Shown here in pieces: positions 1 to 7,979 of a stretch of 32,000 bases of DNA. This DNA comes from Mycobacterium tuberculosis H37Rv (GTDB lineage Bacteria > Actinomycetota > Actinomycetes > Mycobacteriales > Mycobacteriaceae). The stretch spans positions 3,990,001 to 4,022,000 of the forward strand of contig NC_000962.3 in NCBI RefSeq assembly GCF_000195955.2, given 5' to 3'. The notes beneath the pieces were generated by a model that worked only from the letters and a program-made list of their open reading frames with translations, had not been told where the DNA came from and did no database searches. A program made the position numbers and the translations under genes. Each line of letters opens with the position of its first letter. Position 1 is the stretch's first letter.

Positions 1-774
1 GTGCGGGCCATCCTGCGCTCGGATGTCACCGATTTGACGGTGGTCACCTACGGCGGGCCGGACCTGGGGCTGCTGTGCTCGGCGGGCAAGGTCAAGCGGG
101 TCTACTACGGGTTCGTCTCGCTGGACTCGCCGCCGTTCTACGACCCGTGGTTCGCGCACGCCCGCACCAGCGGCGCGATCGAGGCCCGGGAGATGGACGA
201 GGGCATGCTGCGCTGCGGTTTGCAGGCCGCGGCACAACGGCTGCCGTTCCTGCCTATTCGCGCCGGGCTGGGCAGCTCGGTACCACAGTTCTGGGCAGGC
301 GAGCTGCAGACGGTCACGTCGCCGTATCCGGCGCCTGGCGGCGGGTACGAGACACTGATCGCCATGCCGGCACTGCGCCTGGATGCCGCCTTCGCCCACT
401 TGAATCTCGGTGACAGCCACGGCAATGCGGCCTACACCGGCATCGACCCCTACTTCGACGATCTCTTCTTGATGGCCGCCGAGCGGCGCTTTCTGTCGGT
501 GGAGCGCATCGTCGCCACCGAGGAACTGGTCAAATCGGTGCCGCCGCAGGCGCTGTTGGTCAACCGGATGATGGTCGACGCCATCGTGGAAGCACCCGGC
601 GGCGCCCACTTCACCACCGCCGCACCGGACTACGGGCGCGACGAGCAGTTCCAGCGGCACTACGCCGAAGCGGCGTCGACACAGGTGGGTTGGCAGCAGT
701 TCGTGCACACCTACCTATCCGGCACCGAAGCGGACTACCAGGCCGCGGTGCACAACTTTGGAGCATCACGGTGA
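1..774 (+). CDS. ipdA: CoA-transferase/hydrolase family protein, large/alpha subunit (5' end truncated by window), HIP ring C/D degradation
   Basis: Open frame from base 1 to TGA at 772-774. Protein recognised as the Rv3551-type CoA transferase subunit; translationally coupled (GTGA overlap) to the next subunit. Confidence 0.9.
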   Translation: MRAILRSDVTDLTVVTYGGPDLGLLCSAGKVKRVYYGFVSLDSPPFYDPWFAHARTSGAIEAREMDEGMLRCGLQAAAQRLPFLPIRAGLGSSVPQFWAGELQTVTSPYPAPGGGYETLIAMPALRLDAAFAHLNLGDSHGNAAYTGIDPYFDDLFLMAAERRFLSVERIVATEELVKSVPPQALLVNRMMVDAIVEAPGGAHFTTAAPDYGRDEQFQRHYAEAASTQVGWQQFVHTYLSGTEADYQAAVHNFGASR

Positions 775-1523
775 GCACCCGAGCCGAAGTGTGTGCCGTC
801 GCCTGCGCCGAGTTGTTCCGCGATGCAGGCGAAATCATGATCAGCCCCATGACCAACATGGCCTCGGTAGGGGCGCGGCTGGCGCGGCTCACCTTCGCGC
901 CGGACATTCTGCTGACCGACGGCGAGGCTCAGCTGCTCGCGGACACACCGGCATTGGGCAAGACGGGCGCCCCAAACAGGATTGAGGGGTGGATGCCGTT
1001 CGGCCGGGTTTTCGAAACCCTGGCCTGGGGGCGCCGGCACGTGGTGATGGGCGCCAATCAGGTCGACCGCTATGGCAATCAGAACATCTCGGCGTTCGGG
1101 CCGCTGCAGCGGCCGACCCGGCAGATGTTCGGCGTCCGCGGCTCGCCGGGCAACACCATCAACCACGCCACCAGTTACTGGGTGGGCAACCACTGCAAGC
1201 GGGTCTTTGTCGAGGCCGTCGATGTGGTCTCCGGCATCGGCTACGACAAGGTGGATCCGGACAATCCGGCCTTCCGGTTCGTCAACGTCTACCGGGTGGT
1301 GTCCAACCTAGGCGTGTTCGACTTCGGCGGCCCCGACCACTCCATGCGGGCGGTATCCCTACACCCCGGGGTGACGCCCGGCGACGTCCGCGACGCCACC
1401 TCGTTCGAGGTGCATGACCTCGACGCGGCCGAGCAGACCAGGCTGCCCACCGACGACGAACTGCACCTGATCCGCGCGGTAATCGATCCGAAGTCGTTGC
1501 GGGACAGGGAGATACGATCATGA
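771..1523 (+). CDS. ipdB: CoA-transferase family protein, beta subunit (250 aa)
   Basis: GTG at 771 overlaps the ipdA stop. ORF continues to TGA 1521-1523. Contains LTDGEAQLLAD and FGVRGSPGNTINHATSYWVGNHCKRVFVEAVDVVSGIG. Confidence 0.92.
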   Translation: MSTRAEVCAVACAELFRDAGEIMISPMTNMASVGARLARLTFAPDILLTDGEAQLLADTPALGKTGAPNRIEGWMPFGRVFETLAWGRRHVVMGANQVDRYGNQNISAFGPLQRPTRQMFGVRGSPGNTINHATSYWVGNHCKRVFVEAVDVVSGIGYDKVDPDNPAFRFVNVYRVVSNLGVFDFGGPDHSMRAVSLHPGVTPGDVRDATSFEVHDLDAAEQTRLPTDDELHLIRAVIDPKSLRDREIRS

Positions 1524-1535
1524 TTGTTCCGCCTC

Positions 1536-1611
1536 CTCTCCCCCGCAAGCGGGAGGTGCGCCCACATCGCTTCGTCCCCTGCAAGCGGGTGGTACCCCCA
1601 CTGCATTGTCG
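1536..1611. repeat. Two tandem copies of a short GC-rich element in the ipdB-ipdC gap
   Basis: CCCCCGCAAGCGGGAGGTGCGCCCA (from 1540) and CCCCTGCAAGCGGGTGGTACCCCCA (from 1576), 21/25 identical by eye. Each has a CCCGCAAGCGGG-like core. Confidence 0.7.
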
Positions 1612-1620
1612 GCGGTGGCT

Positions 1621-2688
1621 ATGAGGCTGCGTACGCCGCTGACCGAGCTCATCGGCATCGAGCACCCGGTGGTGCAGACCGGGATGGGCTGGGTGGCCGG
1701 TGCCCGGCTGGTGTCGGCCACCGCCAACGCGGGCGGGCTGGGCATCTTGGCCTCGGCCACCATGACGCTGGACGAGCTGGCGGCGGCGATCACAAAGGTC
1801 AAGGCCGTCACCGACAAGCCATTCGGGGTGAACATCCGCGCCGACGCAGCCGACGCGGGCGACCGCGTCGAGTTGATGATCCGCGAGGGGGTGCGGGTGG
1901 CCTCGTTCGCGTTGGCACCCAAACAGCAGCTGATCGCCCGGCTCAAAGAAGCCGGCGCGGTGGTCATACCGTCGATCGGCGCGGCCAAACATGCGCGCAA
2001 GGTGGCGGCCTGGGGCGCCGACGCGATGATCGTGCAGGGCGGCGAGGGCGGCGGCCACACCGGGCCGGTCGCCACCACGCTGCTGTTGCCGTCGGTGCTG
2101 GACGCCGTGGCGGGCACCGGCATCCCGGTGATCGCCGCCGGCGGCTTCTTCGACGGGCGCGGGCTAGCCGCGGCGTTGTGCTACGGCGCCGCCGGGGTGG
2201 CCATGGGCACCCGGTTTCTGCTCACCTCGGATTCCACCGTGCCCGACGCGGTCAAACGGCGTTACCTGCAGGCCGGCTTGGACGGCACCGTGGTCACCAC
2301 CCGCGTCGACGGGATGCCGCACCGGGTGCTGCGCACCGAGCTGGTCGAGAAGCTGGAAAGCGGCTCGCGGGCACGAGGTTTCGCGGCCGCGCTGCGCAAT
2401 GCCGGCAAGTTTAGACGGATGTCGCAGATGACCTGGCGGTCGATGATCCGAGACGGCCTGACCATGCGCCACGGCAAGGAATTGACCTGGTCACAGGTGC
2501 TGATGGCGGCAAACACCCCGATGCTGCTCAAAGCCGGCCTGGTCGACGGCAACACCGAGGCCGGGGTGCTGGCATCGGGCCAGGTAGCGGGCATTCTTGA
2601 CGACCTACCGTCGTGCAAAGAGCTGATCGAGTCGATCGTGCTTGACGCCATCACACATTTACAAACCGCATCTGCGCTGGTGGAGTGA
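1621..2688 (+). CDS. ipdC: Nitronate monooxygenase / 2-nitropropane dioxygenase-like flavoprotein (355 aa)
   Basis: ORF 1606-2688 with preferred ATG at 1621. Contains PVVQTGMGWVAGARLVSATANAGGLGILAS and VQGGEGGGHTG, typical of the NMO/NPD TIM-barrel family. Confidence 0.9.
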   Translation: MRLRTPLTELIGIEHPVVQTGMGWVAGARLVSATANAGGLGILASATMTLDELAAAITKVKAVTDKPFGVNIRADAADAGDRVELMIREGVRVASFALAPKQQLIARLKEAGAVVIPSIGAAKHARKVAAWGADAMIVQGGEGGGHTGPVATTLLLPSVLDAVAGTGIPVIAAGGFFDGRGLAAALCYGAAGVAMGTRFLLTSDSTVPDAVKRRYLQAGLDGTVVTTRVDGMPHRVLRTELVEKLESGSRARGFAAALRNAGKFRRMSQMTWRSMIRDGLTMRHGKELTWSQVLMAANTPMLLKAGLVDGNTEAGVLASGQVAGILDDLPSCKELIESIVLDAITHLQTASALVE

Positions 2689-4742
2689 CTGACGCGTGTC
2701 AAGCAGAGTACGCTATCGCAGCTATGTCGACCGTCGAGATGGACCAGGCGGCTCCAGAGTCCGCCGCGCACCACCCTCTGCCGGACCCCGGTGAGTCGGT
2801 CCCCAGACTCGCGCTGCCCACGATCGGGATCTTCCTGGCCACGCTCACCGCGTTCGTCGGTTCTACGACCGCTTACATCAGCGGATGGATCCCGTTCTGG
2901 GTGACGATCCCCGTCAACGCCGCGGTCACGTTCGTGATGTTCACCGTCGTGCATGACGCATCGCATTACGCGATCAGCTCCATCCGGTGGGTGAACGGGC
3001 TGTTCGGGCGGCTGGCGTGGCTTTTCGTCGGGCCGGTGGTCGCGTTCCCGGCCTTCGGGTACATCCACATCCAGCACCACCGCCATTCCAACGACGACGA
3101 GCAAGACCCGGACACCTTCGCCTCACACGGCTCGCTGTGGGTGCTGCCGTTGCGCTGGTCGATGGTCGAGTACTTCTACATCAAGTACTACCTGCCTCGC
3201 GGCCGCAGCCGGCCGGTCATCGAGGTCGCCGAGACGCTGGTGATGATGACCCTGTTCCTGACCGGCCTGATCGTCGCCATCGTCACCGGCAACTTCTGGA
3301 CGCTGGCGATCGTCTTCCTGATCCCGCAACGTATCGGCCTTACCGTGCTGGCCTGGTGGTTCGACTGGCTGCCCCACCACGGTCTGGAGGACACCCAGCG
3401 CAGCAACCGCTACCGCGCGACCCGCAACCGGGTTGGCGCCGAGTGGCTGTTCACCCCGGTGCTGCTGTCGCAGAACTACCACTTGGTGCACCACCTGCAC
3501 CCGTCGGTGCCGTTCTACCGGTACCTGCGCACCTGGCGGCGCAACGAGGAGGCGTATCTGGAACGCAACGCCGCGATCTCCACGGTCTTTGGCCAGCAAC
3601 TGAATCCGGACGAGTACCGGCAGTGGAAGGAGCTCAACGGCCGGCTCGCGCGACTGCTGCCGGTGCGGATGCCGGCCCGCTCCAGCTCGCCGCACGCGGT
3701 GCTGCACCGCATCCCGGTCGCGTCGGTGGATCCCATCACCGCCGATGCCACCCTGGTGACTTTCGCGGTGCCGGAAGCATTGCGGGACGCGTTCCGATTC
3801 GAGCCGGGCCAGCACGTGACGGTGCGCACCGACCTGGGCGGCCAAGGCATCCGGCGCAACTACTCGATCTGCGCCCCGGCCACCCGCGCCCAGCTGCGCA
3901 TCGCCGTCAAACACATTCCCGGCGGGGCGTTTTCGACGTTCGTGGCCAACGAACTGAAGGCCGGCGACGTGCTCGAGCTGATGACACCGACCGGCCGGTT
4001 CGGCACCCCGCTGGATCCGTTGCACCGCAAGCACTATGTGGGCCTGGTGGCCGGCAGCGGGATCACCCCGGTGCTGTCCATCCTGGCGACCACGCTGGAG
4101 ATCGAGACCGAAAGCCGATTCACGCTGATCTACGGCAACCGCACCAAGGAATCGACGATGTTTCGGGCCGAGCTGGATCGTCTGGAGTCGCGCTATGCCG
4201 ACCGGCTGGAAATCCTGCACGTGCTCTCCAGCGAGCCGCTGCACACCCCGGAGCTGCGCGGGCGCATCGACCGAGACAAACTCACCAGGTGGCTGACGAG
4301 TACCCTGCGGCCGGCCGGTGTGGACGAATGGTTCATCTGCGGCCCGCTCGCCATGGCCACCGCGGTGCGCGAGACCCTGATCGAGCACGGCGTGGACTCC
4401 GAGCGCATTCACCTGGAGTTGTTCTACGGGTTCGACACGCCCCCGGCGACCCGTCCCTCCTATGCGGGAGCCACCGTCACCTTCACGCTGTCCGGGCAGC
4501 GGGCGATATTCGATCTGGTGCCCGGCGACTCGATTCTGGAAGGGGCGCTGGGGCTGCGCAGCGATGCGCCGTATGCGTGCATGGGCGGCGCATGCGGCAC
4601 CTGCCGAGCCAAACTGATCGAGGGCAACGTCGAGATGGACCACAACTTCGCCCTCCGGAAGGCGGAGCTGGATGCCGGCTACATCCTGACCTGCCAGTCA
4701 CACCCGACGACACCATTCGTCGCCGTCGACTACGACGCCTAG
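2685..4742 (+). CDS. fdxB: Fusion protein: membrane fatty-acid-desaturase-like domain plus FAD/NAD(P) reductase plus C-terminal 2Fe-2S ferredoxin (685 aa)
   Basis: His boxes HDASH, HIQHHRHSNDDE and YHLVHHLHP. Reductase motifs RRNYSICAPA and GLVAGSGITPVLSI. Ferredoxin cysteines CMGGACGTC...ILTCQS. GTG overlaps ipdC stop. Confidence 0.93.
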   Translation: MTDACQAEYAIAAMSTVEMDQAAPESAAHHPLPDPGESVPRLALPTIGIFLATLTAFVGSTTAYISGWIPFWVTIPVNAAVTFVMFTVVHDASHYAISSIRWVNGLFGRLAWLFVGPVVAFPAFGYIHIQHHRHSNDDEQDPDTFASHGSLWVLPLRWSMVEYFYIKYYLPRGRSRPVIEVAETLVMMTLFLTGLIVAIVTGNFWTLAIVFLIPQRIGLTVLAWWFDWLPHHGLEDTQRSNRYRATRNRVGAEWLFTPVLLSQNYHLVHHLHPSVPFYRYLRTWRRNEEAYLERNAAISTVFGQQLNPDEYRQWKELNGRLARLLPVRMPARSSSPHAVLHRIPVASVDPITADATLVTFAVPEALRDAFRFEPGQHVTVRTDLGGQGIRRNYSICAPATRAQLRIAVKHIPGGAFSTFVANELKAGDVLELMTPTGRFGTPLDPLHRKHYVGLVAGSGITPVLSILATTLEIETESRFTLIYGNRTKESTMFRAELDRLESRYADRLEILHVLSSEPLHTPELRGRIDRDKLTRWLTSTLRPAGVDEWFICGPLAMATAVRETLIEHGVDSERIHLELFYGFDTPPATRPSYAGATVTFTLSGQRAIFDLVPGDSILEGALGLRSDAPYACMGGACGTCRAKLIEGNVEMDHNFALRKAELDAGYILTCQSHPTTPFVAVDYDA

Positions 4743-4766
4743 GTTCGTGGCGCCGCCCCATACTTG

Positions 4767-4829
4767 CGCCGACTGTGAATCTGACGACGCGACACGCCGA
4801 TTCGCCGTCGTGTGGTTCACTCTCGGCGC
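4767..4829. repeat. 63-bp direct repeat, copy 1, with internal inverted repeat
   Basis: CGCCGACTGTGAATCTGACGACGCGACACGCCGATTCGCCGTCGTGTGGTTCACTCTCGGCGC. Aligns without gaps to 5731-5793 (53/63 identical by hand count). Confidence 0.85.
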
Positions 4830-5705
4830 TCATGGGCGCCATCCCGCCGCCCGCATCGCGGCATCGACGCGGCCAACGAACGTGCCCCGGCGGTACCAGA
4901 GCAGCTCACTGGTGACCCTGATGATCGTCCAGCCCAGATCCAGCAACGCGGTGGACCGCTCGATGTCCCGAGCCCGCTGCGCCGGGTCTGTCCAATGCTG
5001 TGGCCCGTCATACTCGACACCGACTCGCAATTGCTCGTAGCCCAGGTCGATGCGGGCGACGAAGTCCCCGTAGTCGTCAAACACTCTGATCTGTGTTTGC
5101 GGCTTCGGCAGACCGGCATCGATCAACACCAATCGGGTCCACGTCTCCTGTGGGGATTCCGCACCCCCGTCGATCAGCGGCAGCACCGCACGGAGGCGGA
5201 CCAGGCCGCGCGCACCGGTATGTTCGGCAATGACGGCCTGCACGTCGGCGACCTTGACATCGGTCGAATTCGCCAACGCGTCCAGCCGTTGAACGGCCTG
5301 CAGCCGCGAGGGTGTGCGCCGCCCGATATCGAAGGCGGTGCGCGCCGGGGTGGTTACCGCGACACCGTCAACCGCAACCGTCTCGTGCGGCGCCAATCGA
5401 TCCGTGTGCACGACGATGCGCGGCGGAGGCTTTCGATTGGCGTGCACTAACTCTGCGTCAAGCGCTGGGTTTACCCACTTCGCGCCAAGCAGCGCCGCCG
5501 CCGAATTGCCGGCCACGACGGCGCGGCGCCGCGACCACAGCCACGCCGCGTGGGCGCGCTGGCGCGCCGTCAGCTCCACACCGGCCGGGGCGTAGACGCC
5601 CGGGTAGACTGGCTCGTAGAGCTGTCTCATGGCCCGCTCCGGAATGGCCTTTGCGGCCAACACTTCCGAGCCCAGGACGGGCCATGGAAGTTCGTCCATG
5701 GCCAC
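4830..5705 (-). CDS. Putative PD-(D/E)XK/DUF559-like nuclease-fold protein with AbiEi-like N-terminal region (289-291 aa, Rv3555c-type)
   Basis: ORF on minus strand. N-term LYEPVYPGVYAPAG...GNSAAALLGAKW. C-term FVARIDLGYEQLRVGVEYDGPQHWTDPAQRARDIERSTALLDLGWTIIRVT. Confidence 0.85.
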   Translation of the reverse strand: MAMDELPWPVLGSEVLAAKAIPERAMRQLYEPVYPGVYAPAGVELTARQRAHAAWLWSRRRAVVAGNSAAALLGAKWVNPALDAELVHANRKPPPRIVVHTDRLAPHETVAVDGVAVTTPARTAFDIGRRTPSRLQAVQRLDALANSTDVKVADVQAVIAEHTGARGLVRLRAVLPLIDGGAESPQETWTRLVLIDAGLPKPQTQIRVFDDYGDFVARIDLGYEQLRVGVEYDGPQHWTDPAQRARDIERSTALLDLGWTIIRVTSELLWYRRGTFVGRVDAAMRAAGWRP

Positions 5706-5730
5706 ATCCTGGCATCACCCACCGACACCC

Positions 5731-5793
5731 CGCCGACAGTGAATCGCACGACGCGACACGCCGACGACCCGTCGTGAGATTCACCCTCGGCGC
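5731..5793. repeat. 63-bp direct repeat, copy 2, with internal inverted repeat
   Basis: CGCCGACAGTGAATCGCACGACGCGACACGCCGACGACCCGTCGTGAGATTCACCCTCGGCGC. Same orientation as the 4767-4829 copy; terminal arms GTGAATCGCACGAC/GTCGTGAGATTCAC pair at 13/14. Confidence 0.85.
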
Positions 5794-5803
5794 CAACGAA
5801 GGC

Positions 5804-6964
5804 CTACAGCCGCTCGATAATGGTGACGTTGGCGGTGCCGCCGCCCTCGCACATGGTCTGCAGCCCGTAGCGGCCACCGATGCGCTCCAGCTCGCCCAGC
5901 ATGGTGGTGAACAGTTTGGCGCCGGTGGCGCCTAGCGGATGCCCCAGCGCGATCGCGCCGCCGTTGGGGTTGACCTTCGCCGGGTCGGCCTTGATTTCCT
6001 TGAGCCAGGCCATAACTACCGGCGCGAACGCCTCGTTGATCTCGACGGTGTCGATGTCGTCGATGGCAAGCCCGGTCTTGTCCAGCGCGTACCGGGTGGC
6101 GGGGATGGGTCCGGTCAGCATGAATACCGGGTCGGCGGCGCGCGCACTGATGTGGTGGATGCGGGCACGGGGCCTAAGTCCATGGTCTTTGACGGCCCGC
6201 TCGGAGGCCAGCAACACTGCACTGGCGCCGTCGGAGATCTGACTGGCCATCGCCGCCGTCAGCCGGCCGCCCTCGACCAGCGGCTGCAAGCCGGCCATCT
6301 TCTCCAGCGACGACTCCCGCGGGCCCTCATCAACCCGGAACGGCCCGGATTCGGTTTCCACAGTGATGATTTCGTTTTCGAAGTGGCCGGCGCGGATCGC
6401 CGCGAACGCGCGTTCGTGGCTGGTCAGCGAGTACCGCTCCATCTCTTCACGGGACAGGTTCCACTTCTCGGCGATCAGCTCCGAGCCACGGAACTGTGAA
6501 ATCTCCTGGTCGCCATACCGGTGTAACCATTGCTTGGATTCGTTGGTCGGCGAGGTGAACCCGAACTGTTCGCCCACGGTCATCGCCGACGAGATCGGGA
6601 TCTGGCTCATGTTCTGCACGCCGCCGGCCACGATGACATCCGCCGTGCCGGACATGATCGCCTGCGCGCCAAAGGAAATCGCCTGCTGGCTGGATCCGCA
6701 CTGGCGGTCCACGGTGACACCGGGGACCTCTTCGGGATAGCCGGCGGCCAGCCACGACAGTCGGGCGATGTTGCCCGCCTGTCCGCCGATGGCGTCGACA
6801 CATCCGGCGATCACGTCGTCGACGGCGGCGGGGTCGATGTCGGTCCGGTCCAGCAGTCCGCGCCAGGCCAGGGCACCCAGGTCGACGGGATGGATACCGG
6901 CCAGTGCGCCGCCCCGCTTGCCGACCGCGGTCCGTACGGCGTCGATGACGTACGCCTCTGTCAT
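5804..6964 (-). CDS. fadA6: Acetyl-CoA acetyltransferase / thiolase (386 aa)
   Basis: MTEAYVIDAVRTAVGKRGG, GVTVDRQCGSSQQAI (active-site Cys), NPNGGAIALGHPLGATGAK and MCEGGGTANVTI thiolase signatures. Start placed at ATG 6964 rather than the longer ORF start at 7057. Confidence 0.95.
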   Translation of the reverse strand: MTEAYVIDAVRTAVGKRGGALAGIHPVDLGALAWRGLLDRTDIDPAAVDDVIAGCVDAIGGQAGNIARLSWLAAGYPEEVPGVTVDRQCGSSQQAISFGAQAIMSGTADVIVAGGVQNMSQIPISSAMTVGEQFGFTSPTNESKQWLHRYGDQEISQFRGSELIAEKWNLSREEMERYSLTSHERAFAAIRAGHFENEIITVETESGPFRVDEGPRESSLEKMAGLQPLVEGGRLTAAMASQISDGASAVLLASERAVKDHGLRPRARIHHISARAADPVFMLTGPIPATRYALDKTGLAIDDIDTVEINEAFAPVVMAWLKEIKADPAKVNPNGGAIALGHPLGATGAKLFTTMLGELERIGGRYGLQTMCEGGGTANVTIIERL

Positions 6965-6970
6965 AACCGC

Positions 6971-7013
6971 TCCTCTCCCGTTGCCAGTGAGTGGTACCCC
7001 CACCGCATCGTCG
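6971..7013. repeat. Third copy of the short intra-operon element, between kstR2 and fadA6
   Basis: TCCTCTCCCGTTGCCAGTGAGTGGTACCCCCACCGCATCGTCG. Core 6991-7013 is 21/23 identical to 1589-1611. Confidence 0.65.
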
Positions 7014-7028
7014 TCGACACGGGGCATT

Positions 7029-7631
7029 TCAGACTCCCTCTTTGGTGATCCCGCCAAGCACGATGGCTAGGTATTGCTGGCCCACCTGCTGGGCGGTGAG
7101 CGGCCCACCGGGTCGATACCAGCGCACCGACACCCAGGTGGTGTCACGGATGAATCGGTAGACCAGGTCGACGTCTAGGTCGGGCCGGAAGTAGCCCTCT
7201 TCGATGCCCTGGTTGAGCACGTCCACCCACATCTTGCGCTGCTGCTTGTTACGGTCCTCGATGTAGGAAAACCTGGGTTGCGACGCCAGCCGTTGCGCTT
7301 CATCCTGGTAGATCACCACTTGCGCGTGATGATGCTCGATCGCCTCAAACGACGCCATGAACAGGCCCTGCAGCCGCTCCAGCGGATTGGCCGTGCTATC
7401 CACGATGTCGCGGTAACGGGCGAAGAGCCAATCGAGGAAACCGCGTAACAGCTCATCGACCATCTCCTCTTTGGAGGCGAAATGGTGATACAGGCTGCCG
7501 GATAGGATGCCGGCGCCGTCGGCGATATCGCGCACGGTGGTGGCGCGCAGTCCGCGCTCGGCGAACATCGCCGCCGCGAGCTCCAGCAACTCGCCTCGCC
7601 GGCTATTGACCTGACCGGCCACTCGATCCAT
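7029..7631 (-). CDS. kstR2: TetR-family transcriptional repressor (200 aa)
   Basis: MDRVAGQVNSRRGELLELAAAMFAERGLRATTVRDIADGAGILSGSLYHHFASKEEMVDELL helix-turn-helix; syntenic with fadA6; candidate self-operator immediately upstream. Confidence 0.95.
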   Translation of the reverse strand: MDRVAGQVNSRRGELLELAAAMFAERGLRATTVRDIADGAGILSGSLYHHFASKEEMVDELLRGFLDWLFARYRDIVDSTANPLERLQGLFMASFEAIEHHHAQVVIYQDEAQRLASQPRFSYIEDRNKQQRKMWVDVLNQGIEEGYFRPDLDVDLVYRFIRDTTWVSVRWYRPGGPLTAQQVGQQYLAIVLGGITKEGV

Positions 7632-7646
7632 CCGACCAGACTATCA

Positions 7647-7660
7647 ACCAAGCGCTTGCT
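7647..7660. promoter_or_regulatory. KstR2 operator-like palindrome
   Basis: ACCAAGCGCTTGCT matches the published KstR2 pattern AnCAAGnnCTTGnT and lies 16 bp upstream of the kstR2 start. Confidence 0.85.
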
Positions 7661-7979
7661 CGGCCAGCTGCGACCTCGATGGGGTGGGAATCCGGGAATT
7701 CGGTACGAGGGATGCGCCCTTCGCTCACCGGGGCATTAGATGCGACGTTGCTGGCGCTGGATGGACGCCTTGCCCGCACAGCCCGGCCCAGGTGCAGGAT
7801 CGAGGGGCTTGGTACCTGATCACGGGAGACATCTGGGGTATCGGCGGAGAGTGCCTAGCGTTCTGGGCATTCTGGCGGATTGCGCATATTCTTCCGCGCG
7901 TCGTCATAGCCTAATCGGACTACGCGGATCGTGCCGATCACCCTGGTGCGGCGGCGGCGCCAGTAACGAGGAGGTCAAC

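Noticed and set aside
3123-4643. 506-aa minus-strand ORF and 642-aa plus-strand alternative frame (2987-4915) over fdxB
   Set aside because: These lie over a gene with intact catalytic motifs and read as low-complexity antisense or shifted translation.
7740-7979. 80-aa upstream extension of PPE64
   Set aside because: PPE proteins start at the M(A)xFxxLPPE motif. There is a strong GAGGAGG ribosome site just before ATG 7980.
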